A stretch of DNA of 64,000 nucleotides, from positions 41,122-105,121 of the forward strand of contig JADJLL010000007.1 of NCBI GenBank assembly GCA_016710095.1. Direction: 5' to 3'. The stretch is from Candidatus Eiseniibacteriota bacterium. Its GTDB lineage: Bacteria > Eisenbacteria > RBG-16-71-46. Position 1 is the stretch's first letter; each line of letters starts with the position of its first letter. The translations under genes and the position numbers were made by a program. Below are positions 1 to 9,667 of the stretch, piece by piece. The notes under the pieces were generated by a model. It searched no databases. It saw only the letters and a list, made by a program, of their open reading frames with translations, and was not told the DNA's origin.

Positions 1-150
1 CCGGTCACGGCCGCCCGGGGCGGGCGGCGGGGGGAGCGGCACCCCCAAGGCCCCCCCCCGCAAAACCCACCCGCAGACACCCGCAACGGCCCCACGGCCG
101 GGCGGGCGGCCGGGCCCCGGGGGCGGGGGGCGCCGAAGGTCCCCGTTGAC
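1..150. repeat. GC-homopolymer-rich low-complexity stretch at window edge (runs of G and C), probably assembly/contig-end artefact
   Basis: Visible runs such as gggggg, ccccccccc, gggcgggcgg. No protein-like ORF, only Pro/Gly/Arg-rich translations. Same character as the 38.1-39.9 kb block. Confidence 0.4.
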
Positions 151-224
151 CCGCCGACGGCCGTGCGCCGCTGGCTTCGACCCGGTCCGCCCCTTCGCCG
201 TGCCAAGCCACCTCACCGCCGGGA

Positions 225-2286
225 ATGCCGTTCATGCGCGAAGAAGACCTCCTCCGATTCCGTTGGGTCGCCGATCCCCAGGTTTCGCCCGGCGGCGCCC
301 GCATCGCGTTCACGCAGGTTCACGTGGACACCGAAGCCGACGAGTACCGCACGAACCTGTGGCTGGCCGAAGTGCCGGCTGCCGGTGCTGCCGAGGACGC
401 TCCCGCACCCGCGCGGCAGTTCACGTGGGCGGGCCGCGACTCGCAGCCGCGCTGGTCGCCCGACGGCGCGACGCTCGCGTTCGTGCGCAAGCCGAACGCG
501 GACGACGCCGCGCAGATCTGCCTGCTGCCCGCGAACGGCGGTGAAGCGCGTGTGCTGACGACGCTCAAGGGTGGCGGGTCCAACCCTTGCTGGTCGCCCG
601 ACGGCACGCGCATCGCGTTCCTGTCCGGGCACAACCCGGCGATCGACACGCCCGAGTAAGAAGCCGAAGCACGAGCCTGCGCGCGTCGTGACGCGCCCGG
701 AGTTCCGTTGGAACGGCGAAGGCTTCACGGATTGGGACCACCTCGACCACGTGTGGGTCGTGGACGTCGCGAGCGGCGAGGCGCGGCAGCTGACGTGCGG
801 CACGCGCTTCAAGGAAGGCGACCTTTCGTGGTCGCCCGACGGCAAGCAGGTGCTGTTCGCGAGCGACCGCCGCGAGCAGCCGTGGTTCGGCGATCCGGCC
901 GAGGACAACGGTCTGTACGCGGTCGCGGCCGATCTCGCCGCGCCGTCCGACGGCGCCGCATTCACGCTCGTCGCGGACATCGAAGGCCCGATCGCCGGTT
1001 TCACGCCGGGGCCCGGGGGCAAGTGGCTCGCATGGGGCGGCGTGCGCCCGAAGCCCATTCGTTCGTACGACCAGAACGACGTGCTGCTGTTCGAGGGCGC
1101 GTGGCCCTTGTCGAAGCCGCGCGTGCTCACGGCGGAAAAGGACCTCGCGGTCGGTGAGACGACGTCGGGCGACATGCATCCGCCGCGCGGCGGTGGCGCG
1201 CTGCCGCTCGCGTTCACGGCGGACGGCGGCATCGTCTTCGGCTACGCGTGGCAGGGTTCGACGCGCGTCGCGCGGCTGGACCTGGGCAGCGGGGAGGTGG
1301 ACGACTTCACGCCGCCCGACTGCGACGTGTACGCGGGCACGCTGTCGGCCAACGGCCGCACGCTCGCGCTCGCGATGGGCTCGACCGGATCGCCGGGCGA
1401 CCTCTGGGTGTTCGACGTGGCGAGCGGCGAGGGCGCGTGCCTGCACACGCCGAACGCCGACCTGCTCGAGGAAGCCGGGCTCGGTGAGGTCGAGGAGATC
1501 TGGTACGACAGCTTCGACGGCAAGCGTATCCAGGGCTGGATCGTGAAGCCTCCGGGCTTCGACTCCGCGCGCAAGTATCCGCTCGTGCTGCAGATTCACG
1601 GCGGTCCGCACGTGCCGTACGGCGTCGCGTTCTTCCACGAGTTCCGCGTGCTCGCCGCGGCGGGCTACATCGTGCTGTACACGAACCCGCGCGGCTCGAC
1701 GTCGTACGGGCAGGAGTTCGGCAACTGCATCCAGTACGCGTACCCGGGCGACGACTACCACGACCTCATGGCGGGCGTGGACTTCGTGCTCGCGCGCGGG
1801 TACGTGGACGAGAAGCGCATGGGCGTCACCGGCGGCAGCGGCGGCGGCCTGCTCACGAACTGGATCGTCACGCGCAACGACCGCTTCGCGGCCGCGATCA
1901 CGCAGCGCTGCGTTTCGGATTGGGCGGGGATGTACTTCTCGTGCGATTTCGCGATGTACAACGACTCGTGGTTCAAGAGCACGCCGTGGCGTGACCGCGC
2001 GCACTACGAGTCGAAGTCGCCCGTGTGGGACCTCGACAAGGTGAACACGCCGCTGATGGTGCTCCACAGCGAAGAGGACTGGCGCACGCCGATCGCGCAG
2101 GGCGAGGCGATGTTCCGCGGCCTGCTCGCGCAGAAGAAGCCCACGGTGATGGTGCGGTTCCCGGGCGAGAGCCACGAGCTGTCGCGGAGTGGGGCGCCGA
2201 GCCGGCGCGTGCAGAACCAGCAGCACATCCGCCGATGGTTCGACCACTGGCTGCAGGGCAAGCCGGCGCCGGAGTACGGGCTCTAG
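225..2286 (+). CDS. S9 family serine peptidase (acylaminoacyl-peptidase/prolyl-oligopeptidase-like; N-terminal TolB-like beta-propeller + alpha/beta-hydrolase), interrupted by an apparent +1 frameshift near nt 657
   Basis: ORFs 225..659 (repeated WSPDG beta-propeller blades) and 571..2286 (WSPDGK blades, GGSGGG nucleophile elbow, C-terminal hydrolase) are one protein in two frames. Removing a single T at ~657 gives ...IDTPEKKPKHEPARVVTRPEFRWNGEGF, which is contiguous and protein-like. The third codon position is strongly G/C in both parts. Confidence 0.8.
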
Positions 2287-2306
2287 GGCGCGGCGCGGAA
2301 AAGCGA

Positions 2307-2346
2307 AACGGCCGGTCGGGAGTCCCGACCGGCCGTTCGACTTTTC
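2307..2346. terminator. bidirectional rho-independent terminator between convergent genes
   Basis: 14-bp perfect stem AACGGCCGGTCGGG-AGT-CCCGACCGGCCGTT followed by CGACTTTTCG on + and an A-run on the 5' side (T-run for the minus-strand gene). Confidence 0.5.
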
Positions 2347-2357
2347 GCGGATGACGC

Positions 2358-3254
2358 TTACTTCGACTTCAGCTTGACCACCGCGGCCATGCAGAGCGTC
2401 GCGCCGTTCGACTTCACGTCGGACAGCTTCAGCTTGACCGTGCCGCCCTTCGTGTACAGCACGAGCGGAATCGCGTCGTTCTCGGTGTCCTTCGCGAGGA
2501 CTTCGCCGTCACCGTCGGTGATGGTGATGTCGATGTCGTTCGCCTGGCTGTCGGCGGCGCCGACGAAGGCGTACGGACGGTCCTCGAGATCGATGCCACC
2601 CTGCGTCAGCGTCTCGCCTTCCTTCATGATCGAGCCGATCACGCAGATCTCGTTGTCGCCGTCGTGGAACGCGGCCCAACCGAGCTTGTCGTTGATCTTC
2701 TCGCACATGCCGAGCAGACGCTCCCACGCGGCCTTCAGGTTCTTGGCCGGGACGTCGTAGCCGCCCTTGCGGAGCAGGGCGTAGGCGACGAACGAGCCGC
2801 GCGCCTTGCCGTCGACGAGCTTCATGACGACCTTGAACTTGCCGTCTTCCTTCGGGGTGAACACGACGACCGGGTTGGAATCCTTGGCGTCGTCCTTGGC
2901 GACGACGTCACCGTCGGCGTCGAGGAGGTACAGGTCCATGTCCTGCACGTCGTCGTCACCGCCGCCGATGAAGGCGTACTCGGTGCCGCCGGTGAGCGGA
3001 ATCGTGGCCGCGCCGACCTGCTTGCCTTCCTCGAGATAGGCGCCGATGAAGCAGGAGCTCTGATCGTCGAGGCCGTACTGGGTCTTGTCCGTGACCTTAC
3101 GGACGCTTTCCATCACGCGGCTCATGGCCTGGTCGAGGTACTTGCCCGGCACCCAATCCTTGGCGGAGGCGGGGGCGGCGGCGACCACGGTGGCGAGAGC
3201 GAGGGCAGCGACGACGAACAGACGGGTGAAATGGGGCTTTGAGCTGTGGAACAC
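2358..3254 (-). CDS. secreted hypothetical protein made of two tandem ~125-aa homologous domains
   Basis: GTG start preceded by AGGAGG (7-nt spacer). Signal peptide MFHSSKPHFTRLFVVAALALATVVAAAPASA. Internal duplication (CFIGAYLEEGKQ...DGDVVAKDD... vs CVIGSIMKEGET...DGEVLAKDT...). High GC3 frame. No recognisable catalytic motif. Confidence 0.6.
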   Translation of the reverse strand: MFHSSKPHFTRLFVVAALALATVVAAAPASAKDWVPGKYLDQAMSRVMESVRKVTDKTQYGLDDQSSCFIGAYLEEGKQVGAATIPLTGGTEYAFIGGGDDDVQDMDLYLLDADGDVVAKDDAKDSNPVVVFTPKEDGKFKVVMKLVDGKARGSFVAYALLRKGGYDVPAKNLKAAWERLLGMCEKINDKLGWAAFHDGDNEICVIGSIMKEGETLTQGGIDLEDRPYAFVGAADSQANDIDITITDGDGEVLAKDTENDAIPLVLYTKGGTVKLKLSDVKSNGATLCMAAVVKLKSK

Positions 3255-3583
3255 GAAGCTTCCTCCTGAGCGGATCGGCGTCCGGATCCATGGCTCGTGG
3301 GGAGCCCTGGCGGCTGGAGACGACGCATGAACGAGTGTCCGGCTGACTTTCCGAGCCCCCGGAGAGCGGAGCAGGGCACGGTGACTGGCCGGTGCACGAG
3401 CGCGGATACGCCCGCAGCGCATCTTTTCTTCCCTGAAACGTCGCCTGCGGCACGACGGTCGGCGGGCAGTGTAGTCAGAAATCGGCAGGGGTCGCACGAG
3501 GATTCATGACGTTTTTCGAACTTTGTGCGGCAAGCCGGCCGGCGCGTGCGCTCGCGAGAGGCCGTCGGCGCTGCGCCATATCA

Positions 3584-3628
3584 CCCGAAAACACGGCGCC
3601 CGCGTCCCGAGTTCCGGGGCGCGGGCGC
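3584..3628 (-). terminator. rho-independent terminator ending the apbE-rnf-kor operon
   Basis: GC-rich hairpin (GCGCCCGCG...CGCGGGCGC). On the minus strand it is followed by CGTGTTTTCGGG, immediately downstream of the korB stop. Confidence 0.5.
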
Positions 3629-3643
3629 GTGTCGAAGGCGTGG

Positions 3644-4477
3644 CTACTCGGTCGGCAGGTCCTGCTTGAGCACGGCGTCCGGCGGCGTCCATTCCTCTTC
3701 GGAAGCCGCACCGGCGGTGGCCGAGACCTCTTCCAGCGGGCGCTTGTAGATGACGCCGAGGGCGAAGCGGCCGTCGCGCACCGCGTTGATCGCGGCGCCG
3801 AGATCGGTCTTGTCGTACTCGACCGGCAGCTCGTAGCTGCGCTGCAGCAGCAGGTCCGAGTAGTTGCGCGGCTGGTACGTCACGCAGCCCGCGAGCACGT
3901 GCACGAACGAGAAGCCGGGATACTCGATCGCCTGCTTCATCATGTCGCGCATGTGCGGCATGTTGCCCGCGTGCGTGCGCGCCACGAAGCCGCAGCCCGC
4001 GCTCAGCACGAGCAGCACGGGATTGAGCGGCTGTTCGTCGCCGCCCGCGAGACCGCGGCTGCGCTTGGACTCGAGTTCGGTCGTGGGCGAAGCCTGGCCC
4101 TTCGTGAGGCCGTAGATGCCGTTGTCCATCACGATGTACGTGATGTTGATGTCGCGGCGGATGGCGTGCGGCAGGTGGCCGAGACCGATCGAGAAGCCGT
4201 CGCCGTCACCGCCGACCACGACGGTCGTCAGTTCGGGGCGCGCGGTCTTGAGCCCGCTGGCGATCGGCAGCGCGCGGCCGTGAATCGTGTTGAACGAGTA
4301 CGCCTTCACGTAGCCGGGCAGGCGGCTCGAGCAGCCGATGCCGGAGATGACCGCGAGCTTCTCGGGCGCGACGTTGAGATCGGAGAGCGCCTGGGTGAGT
4401 CCCTTGAGCACGCCGAAGTCGCCGCACCCCGAGCACCACACGGGCAGGAGTTCGGTCCGCAGATCCTTGGGCTTCAT
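3644..4477 (-). CDS. korB: 2-oxoglutarate:ferredoxin oxidoreductase beta subunit (TPP-binding)
   Basis: KorB/PorB-family TPP-binding hallmarks (CSGCGDFG, GIGCSSR, GGDGDGFSIG). AAAGGAGCGA RBS. Start ATG is adjacent to the korA stop. Confidence 0.9.
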   Translation of the reverse strand: MKPKDLRTELLPVWCSGCGDFGVLKGLTQALSDLNVAPEKLAVISGIGCSSRLPGYVKAYSFNTIHGRALPIASGLKTARPELTTVVVGGDGDGFSIGLGHLPHAIRRDINITYIVMDNGIYGLTKGQASPTTELESKRSRGLAGGDEQPLNPVLLVLSAGCGFVARTHAGNMPHMRDMMKQAIEYPGFSFVHVLAGCVTYQPRNYSDLLLQRSYELPVEYDKTDLGAAINAVRDGRFALGVIYKRPLEEVSATAGAASEEEWTPPDAVLKQDLPTE

Positions 4478-6241
4478 CTATCGCTCCTTTCGGGTCGCGG
4501 AGAGGCCGAGCATCTCGTCCAGCTCGCGCATGGACATCGGCAGGCCGCCGCTGCGCGCGAAGCTGCGCACGCCGTTCATGTCGGTGAGGCTCGAGAGGTA
4601 GCGGTGGAACTGGCCCTGGTAGCTGAGTTCGACCGTGGTGGTCTCGTCCAGGCCCTTGCGCCATTCCGTGAACGCTTCGAGCGGGAACGGATGCAGGATC
4701 TCGGGCATGAACACCCGGTACTCGGGATGCGTCTCGATCCACTCGCTGAGCATGCCGAAGCTGCTGCCCCAGGCGATGATGCCCTTGGCCGCCTTCGGGT
4801 CGCCGAACGTGCGCACCCAGCCGCGCGTGTCGGCCGCGATGGACTCGAGCTTGCGGAAGCGCTTCTCGCTCATGCGCTGGTGCACGCCGGGGTCGGCGCT
4901 CGGATTGCCGTCTTCGGTGTGCTCGATGCCGGCGGCGAGGTACGTGCCGCCCGGCGTGCCGGGCACGCGGAACGCGTTCACGGGCTGGTCCTCGGACAGC
5001 TGGAAGCGGGCCGGGGCGTCCTCGGGCGTCCAGCGCCAGCGCCGCGGCTTGTCGCGCCGGTCGGTGACGCCGTCGCGGATCTGGCGGCGCTGCGCGACGT
5101 ACGCGTCCGACAGCACGAGCACGGGCAGCTGGTAGTTCTCCGCCAGCTCGAACGCGCGGAACATGACGTCACGCGCGTGCACGACGTCGAACACGCCGAG
5201 CACGGCGCGCGGGAAGTCGCCGTGGCCGCCGTAGATCGCGTGGTAGAGGTCGGACTGCTCGGTGCGGCTCGGCATGCCCGTGGCCGGGCCGGCGCGCTGG
5301 CAGTCCACGATGACCGTCGGGATCTCGGCCATGCTGGAGAGGCCCATCATCTCGGTCATGAGCGACAGTCCCGGGCCGCTCGTCGCGGTCATGGACGGCA
5401 CGCCGCCGAAGCTGGCGCCGACGACCATGCCGAGCGCCGAGATCTCGTCCTCGGCCTGGATGACGCGGCCGCCCACGGCGGGCAGTTCGTCGATGAGCGT
5501 CTCCATGACCTCGGACGACGGCGTGATCGGGTAGCCCGCGAAGAACTCGAGCCCGGCCGACATGGCGCCGCGCGCGACGGCTTCGTTGCCCGTCTCGACG
5601 ACGAGCGGCACGCCGTGGCCCTTGAGCTGGAGCAGCTGCGGCACGTTCGGCGCTTCGTACGCCTTGCGGAACGTCGGCATGTTGCGCTCGACGAGCGCGG
5701 GCTTGTGCGAGAAGCGTTCGGCGAGCGCCTGCTGGGCGAGCGACTCGGGCCAGCCGAGCGCGCGGCAGACGAGCGCGAGCGCCATCATGTTCTTCGGCTC
5801 GCCGGCCACTTCGACGTCGCCGTCCCAAGTCGCGAACGGATGACGGAAGGCCGGCTTCTTCATCGTGCCGAGCCAGTCGGGAAGCGCGCCCGGGTCCTTC
5901 TCTTCGAGGATCAGCTGGCTTTCGTCGTGCAGGTGGAGCGAGCCCTTGAAGCGCTTGAGGTCGGAGGCGCGGAAGCACACGAGCACGTCCGTGTCTTCGC
6001 CTTCGTAGCAGATCTCGCGATCGCCGATGCGCAGCACGACGGCGGACTCGCCGCCGCGGATCTGCGGACCGTACGACTGCACGAGGATGCCGTAGAGGCC
6101 CTGGTGCGCGGCCATCTTGAGCAGGAGGTCGCCGATGAGGGCGACGCCGTCACCGCCGCTGCCGGCGATCGCGATGACGAGTGATCGCAGGGGTGTGGCT
6201 GTCGCCGAGGAGGCGGGCATCGCTTCGGTGCGCGTTTCCAT
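4478..6241 (-). CDS. korA: 2-oxoglutarate:ferredoxin oxidoreductase alpha subunit with fused N-terminal gamma domain
   Basis: N-terminal gamma-type domain (IAIAGSGGDGVALIGDLL) fused to a KorA/PorA-type alpha domain (GYPITPSSEV...). Start is 3 nt after the rnfB stop (TGAACCATGG). Confidence 0.9.
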   Translation of the reverse strand: METRTEAMPASSATATPLRSLVIAIAGSGGDGVALIGDLLLKMAAHQGLYGILVQSYGPQIRGGESAVVLRIGDREICYEGEDTDVLVCFRASDLKRFKGSLHLHDESQLILEEKDPGALPDWLGTMKKPAFRHPFATWDGDVEVAGEPKNMMALALVCRALGWPESLAQQALAERFSHKPALVERNMPTFRKAYEAPNVPQLLQLKGHGVPLVVETGNEAVARGAMSAGLEFFAGYPITPSSEVMETLIDELPAVGGRVIQAEDEISALGMVVGASFGGVPSMTATSGPGLSLMTEMMGLSSMAEIPTVIVDCQRAGPATGMPSRTEQSDLYHAIYGGHGDFPRAVLGVFDVVHARDVMFRAFELAENYQLPVLVLSDAYVAQRRQIRDGVTDRRDKPRRWRWTPEDAPARFQLSEDQPVNAFRVPGTPGGTYLAAGIEHTEDGNPSADPGVHQRMSEKRFRKLESIAADTRGWVRTFGDPKAAKGIIAWGSSFGMLSEWIETHPEYRVFMPEILHPFPLEAFTEWRKGLDETTTVELSYQGQFHRYLSSLTDMNGVRSFARSGGLPMSMRELDEMLGLSATRKER

Positions 6242-6244
6242 GGT

Positions 6245-7121
6245 TCAAGCTCCAGTCGGTTCGGCGATTTCGACCAGCTCCGGCTCGGGCGACTGCCCGA
6301 CCTTGTGCATGATCGTACTGGGACAGATGTCGGTGCAGGCCTCGCCGCAAGACGGACCGTAGGCGATGCACACCTCGTGGTCGATGAGGATCGTACGGCC
6401 GTCCCACGTGATGGCGTTGGCCGGGCACTTCGAGACGCACTTGCGGCACGTCGTGCAGCCCACCATGCAGGTGGAGCGCACCACGGACGACTTGTCCACC
6501 GCCTTGCACGAGAGCTCGATGCGCCGGGCCCGCGGGTAGAGGCGGAAGAGGTCCTTCGGGCACACCGCCACGCACACCGCGCAGCCGGTGCACTTGTCGG
6601 TGTTCACCTGCGCGATGCCGCCCGTGCCGATGAACAGCGCGTCGAACGGGCACGCGCGCACGCAGTCGCCGAGTCCGAGACAGCCGTTCTTGCACGCACG
6701 CGGGCCGCCGAAGATGAGCGCGGCCGCGCTGCAGGTCGGAATGCCGGCGTAGAGCGCTTCGTCGCGCGCGAACGCCGAGGTGCCGTGGCAGGTCATCACC
6801 ACGACGCGGTCCTCGACCCAGCCCGCGTCCTTGCCGGCCAGTTCGGCGACGGCGCGCGCGACCGGACTCGCGGCCGGGAATGCACAGGCTGGGGGAGACG
6901 TCGGCGCGTTCGACGACGGCTTCGGCGTACGCCGTGCAGCCGGCGAAGCCGCACGCGCCGCAGTTGGCCGACGGCAGCCGGTCGCGCACGCGGTCCACGA
7001 GCGGGTTGCCCGCGACCTTGAAGCGTTCCGCGGCCGCGCCGAGCGCGATGCCGAAGACGGCGCCGAGGCCGCTGAAGACGCCCAGTCCGTAGAGCGCGGT
7101 GTGCAGGGATTCGGAAGTCAT
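6245..7121 (-). CDS. rnfB: Rnf complex subunit B (Fe-S, polyferredoxin-like), with apparent 1-nt frameshift near 6870-6876
   Basis: The N-terminus (MTSESLHTALYGLGVFSGLGAVFGIALGAAAERFKV...NCGACGFAGCTAYAEAV...CIPG) is in one frame. The ferredoxin part (…ARAVAELAGKDAGWVEDRVVVMTCHGTSA...CLGLGDCVRACPFDA...CTGCAVCVAVCP...) is in the -1 frame. Removing one C in GGCCGC restores a canonical RnfB. Confidence 0.8.
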
Positions 7122-7128
7122 GGGCGCC

Positions 7129-7995
7129 TCACCGGAAGAAGTCGAGGCCGGAGAAGCCCATGAACGCGAGCGCGAACAGTCCGGCGAGCGCGAACGCGAT
7201 GGGCAGGCCTTCGAATGCCTTGGGCACGCGCGCGAGTTCCATCTTCTCGCGGGCGCACGACATCAGGAACAGCGCGAGCGCGAAGCCGAGTCCGGAGCCG
7301 AGCGCGAGCACCAGCGCTTCGATCGCCGAGACCTTGCCCTGCGCGTTCAGGAGCGGCACGGCGAGAATGATGCAGTTCGTCGTGATGAGCATGAGGTACA
7401 CGCCGAAGCTCTTGTGGAGCGCCGGGTGCGTCTTGCGCAGCATCGTGTCGAGGAACTGCACGACCGCGGCGACCGTCCCGATGAACACGAGCACCTGCAG
7501 GAAGCCCAGGTGCAGCGGCTGCAGCGCGAACGTGTCCACGGCCCAGGACGTCATCGCGGTGAAGATCATGACCGCCGTGAACGTGACGCCCATGCCGACC
7601 GCGGCGTCGCGCTTCTTGGAGACGCCGAAGAAGATGCAGAGCCCGAGGTAGCGCGTGAACACGAAGTTGTTGATGAGCGCCGACGACAGGAACAGCGTGA
7701 CGAGCGTCGCCCACGCCGTGGGGAAGACGTCGCGCGAAATCGGCGGGTCCACGACCTCGAGCTTATAGCGCTCGGTCGCGTGCAGCGCCTGCGTCGCGGT
7801 GAGCGTCACCACGCGGCCCTCGGCCTTCACGCCTTCGAGCGCCATGGGCGCGTCGGGCGCGGCGGCTTCGGCGAAGCGGAAGTTGGCGGTCGTCGCGCCC
7901 GCGGGATCGAACGGCCCGCGGAACGTGACGCGCACCTGGTTCGGCGTGCGGATCGTGACGGACTCGATCGTGTTGCCGCCGTCGGCGGCCTGCAC
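7129..7995 (-). CDS. rnfA: Rnf complex subunit A with unusual ~95-aa N-terminal extension (possible true start at 8107 via another frameshift)
   Basis: The canonical RnfA core (…LFLSSALINNFVFTRYLGLCIFFGVSKK...) is preceded in-frame by a protein-like, high-GC3 domain (TIESVTIRTPNQVRVTFRGPFDP...KLEVVDPPI). An ATG at 8107 overlaps the rnfE stop and encodes a signal-anchor-like MAERRFPSVRTALLTALAPLALVAALLLGAAAAW in the +1 frame. Confidence 0.8.
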   Translation of the reverse strand: MQAADGGNTIESVTIRTPNQVRVTFRGPFDPAGATTANFRFAEAAAPDAPMALEGVKAEGRVVTLTATQALHATERYKLEVVDPPISRDVFPTAWATLVTLFLSSALINNFVFTRYLGLCIFFGVSKKRDAAVGMGVTFTAVMIFTAMTSWAVDTFALQPLHLGFLQVLVFIGTVAAVVQFLDTMLRKTHPALHKSFGVYLMLITTNCIILAVPLLNAQGKVSAIEALVLALGSGLGFALALFLMSCAREKMELARVPKAFEGLPIAFALAGLFALAFMGFSGLDFFR

Positions 7996-8099
7996 GGATC
8001 CGGCGCCACGCAGCAGCCGCGCCGAGCAGCAGCGCCGCGACGAGCGCCAGCGGGGCGAGCGCGGTGAGCAGCGCCGTGCGGACGGAAGGGAATCGCCGC

Positions 8100-8750
8100 T
8101 CAGCCATGGTGACCTCCGGCGGCGGGCTTCGCGGTGCCGCCCGTCAGCTTGCGTTCGAGCGCGTTGAAGAACGCCATGAGCAGCGCGATGGAGAAGAAGC
8201 CGCCCGCGGGGAGCGCGAAGAAGAGCAGCGGCTTGGTCTTGAAGAGCACGATCCCGAAGAACGAGCCCGAGCCCAGCACTTCGCGCAACGCGCCGATGAC
8301 CATGAGCGCGATCATGAAGCCGAGGCCCATGCCGACGGCGTCCCAGAACGAGGGCACCAGCGGCTGGCGCGACGCGAACACTTCGAGGCGCGAGATGATG
8401 ATCGCGAACGCCACGATGAGCTTGATGTAGAGCCCGACCTGCGCGTACAGCGACGGCGTGAACGCCGCGAGCGTCATGTCGATCGCGCTCACCCAGACGG
8501 CGATGATGATCGTGTAGACCGGGATGCGCACGCGCGGATGAATGACGCCGCGCGCGATCGCGACGGTCAGGCTGGAGAGCACCTGCACCGCGAGCACGGC
8601 GACGCCGAGGATGAAGCCGTTCGCCACGGTCGTCGTGACCGCGACGGCGGGGCAGAGGCTGAGCGCCAGGCGGAACACGGGGTTCTCGCTGACGATGCCG
8701 TTGAAGAGCAGCTGCAGGGCGCCCGGGGGGCGCTCGGTGGTCTCGCTCAT
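8100..8750 (-). CDS. rnfE: Rnf complex subunit E
   Basis: MSETTERPPGALQLLFNGIVSENPVFRLALSLCPAVAVTT... is an RnfE/NqrD-family membrane protein. Its ATG overlaps the rnfG stop (ATGA). Confidence 0.85.
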   Translation of the reverse strand: MSETTERPPGALQLLFNGIVSENPVFRLALSLCPAVAVTTTVANGFILGVAVLAVQVLSSLTVAIARGVIHPRVRIPVYTIIIAVWVSAIDMTLAAFTPSLYAQVGLYIKLIVAFAIIISRLEVFASRQPLVPSFWDAVGMGLGFMIALMVIGALREVLGSGSFFGIVLFKTKPLLFFALPAGGFFSIALLMAFFNALERKLTGGTAKPAAGGHHG

Positions 8751-9667
8751 CGCGAAGCTCCTTCGCCTTCGAGCTGCGGCGCGAGCAGCGCCCAGCGGCG
8801 GCGGAAGTGATCCACGGTTCCCTTGACGCCGCGCGTCAGCGCGCGGCTCGAGATCGTGGCGCCGGTGACGGCGTAGATGGGCTTCGTGCGTTCGCGGTCC
8901 ATCAGCGTGCGCCATTCGGCCGGCGCTTCGCCGCCCGTGGACGAGGCGAACGCCGACAGCGCCGCGTGCCAGTCTTCCGGCATCGGGTCGCGCGTCACGC
9001 CGAGCGCCGCGATCTCGTCCGGCGTGCGGCCGGAGAACTGCGCGCGGAACACGGGGGTCGCGATCTCGGCGCCGAGGCCGGGATCTTCTTCGTGCTCGAG
9101 CACGCGCACGCCCTTCACCGCGAGCGACGAGTCGAGCGCCACGAAGAAGCGGATGCGGTTCTTGTAGCCGCGCGACTCACCCTCGAGCACGAAGCCCGCG
9201 AGCGCGCCGCCCTGTTTGGCGACGAACAGCCGCCCGAGCTCCTCGAGCCCGGCGGGCTCGGCCGTGTTCGCCGACTCCGCCGACTCCGCGGCGCCGGAGG
9301 CGGAGGCGACGGCCCCCGCCGTGGAAGCATGCAGGCTGCCGTCGAGCCCGAACACGAACTCGCGCGTCGGCGCGGACTCGTTGCCGTACTCCTTCGCGAG
9401 GTAGCGCACCTCGCGCTTCGGCGCGTCGAGGTACTGCCGCACTTCGGTCACCTCGGCGCCTTCGCCGAACGCGAGCATGCCGCTCACCGCGCTACGCTCG
9501 CCCGCGAGCCGGGCTTCGCGCTGGTAGCGCTCCGTGCCGACGTACACGCCGCCGAGCACGATCGCGCTCACCGCGCAGACGAGTACGAGGTTCATGGCGA
9601 TGCCGGCGATGACCTTGGGATCGGCTTTCGGACGCGGGGCGCCGTCGATGTGGACGAGGTCGCTCAT
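8747..9667 (-). CDS. rnfG: Rnf complex subunit G (FMN-binding)
   Basis: N-terminal TM anchor then an FMN-binding domain (…YAVTGATISSRALTRGVKG, the covalent-FMN Thr/Ser motif). ATGA overlap with the rnfD stop. Confidence 0.85.
   Translation of the reverse strand: MSDLVHIDGAPRPKADPKVIAGIAMNLVLVCAVSAIVLGGVYVGTERYQREARLAGERSAVSGMLAFGEGAEVTEVRQYLDAPKREVRYLAKEYGNESAPTREFVFGLDGSLHASTAGAVASASGAAESAESANTAEPAGLEELGRLFVAKQGGALAGFVLEGESRGYKNRIRFFVALDSSLAVKGVRVLEHEEDPGLGAEIATPVFRAQFSGRTPDEIAALGVTRDPMPEDWHAALSAFASSTGGEAPAEWRTLMDRERTKPIYAVTGATISSRALTRGVKGTVDHFRRRWALLAPQLEGEGASR

Noticed and set aside
3506-6184. 892-aa ORF on + strand (also 565..2247-, 16809..19082-, 19767..22202+, 22969..24930+, 26539..29340-, 43421..45382+, 45499..47583-, 50993..53599-, 60142..63822-)
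   Set aside because: These are antisense or out-of-frame read-throughs typical of 70%-GC DNA. Translations are Arg/Ala/Gly/Pro-rich and low-complexity. Each lies opposite a gene with clear homology and correct GC3 bias.
7763-8107. 114-aa ORF MAERRFPSVRTALLTALAPLALVAALLLGAAAAWRR… as an independent small membrane protein
   Set aside because: After the hydrophobic helix the frame degenerates into Arg-rich nonsense overlapping the real rnfA frame. It is better explained as the frameshifted N-terminus of rnfA (see finding).
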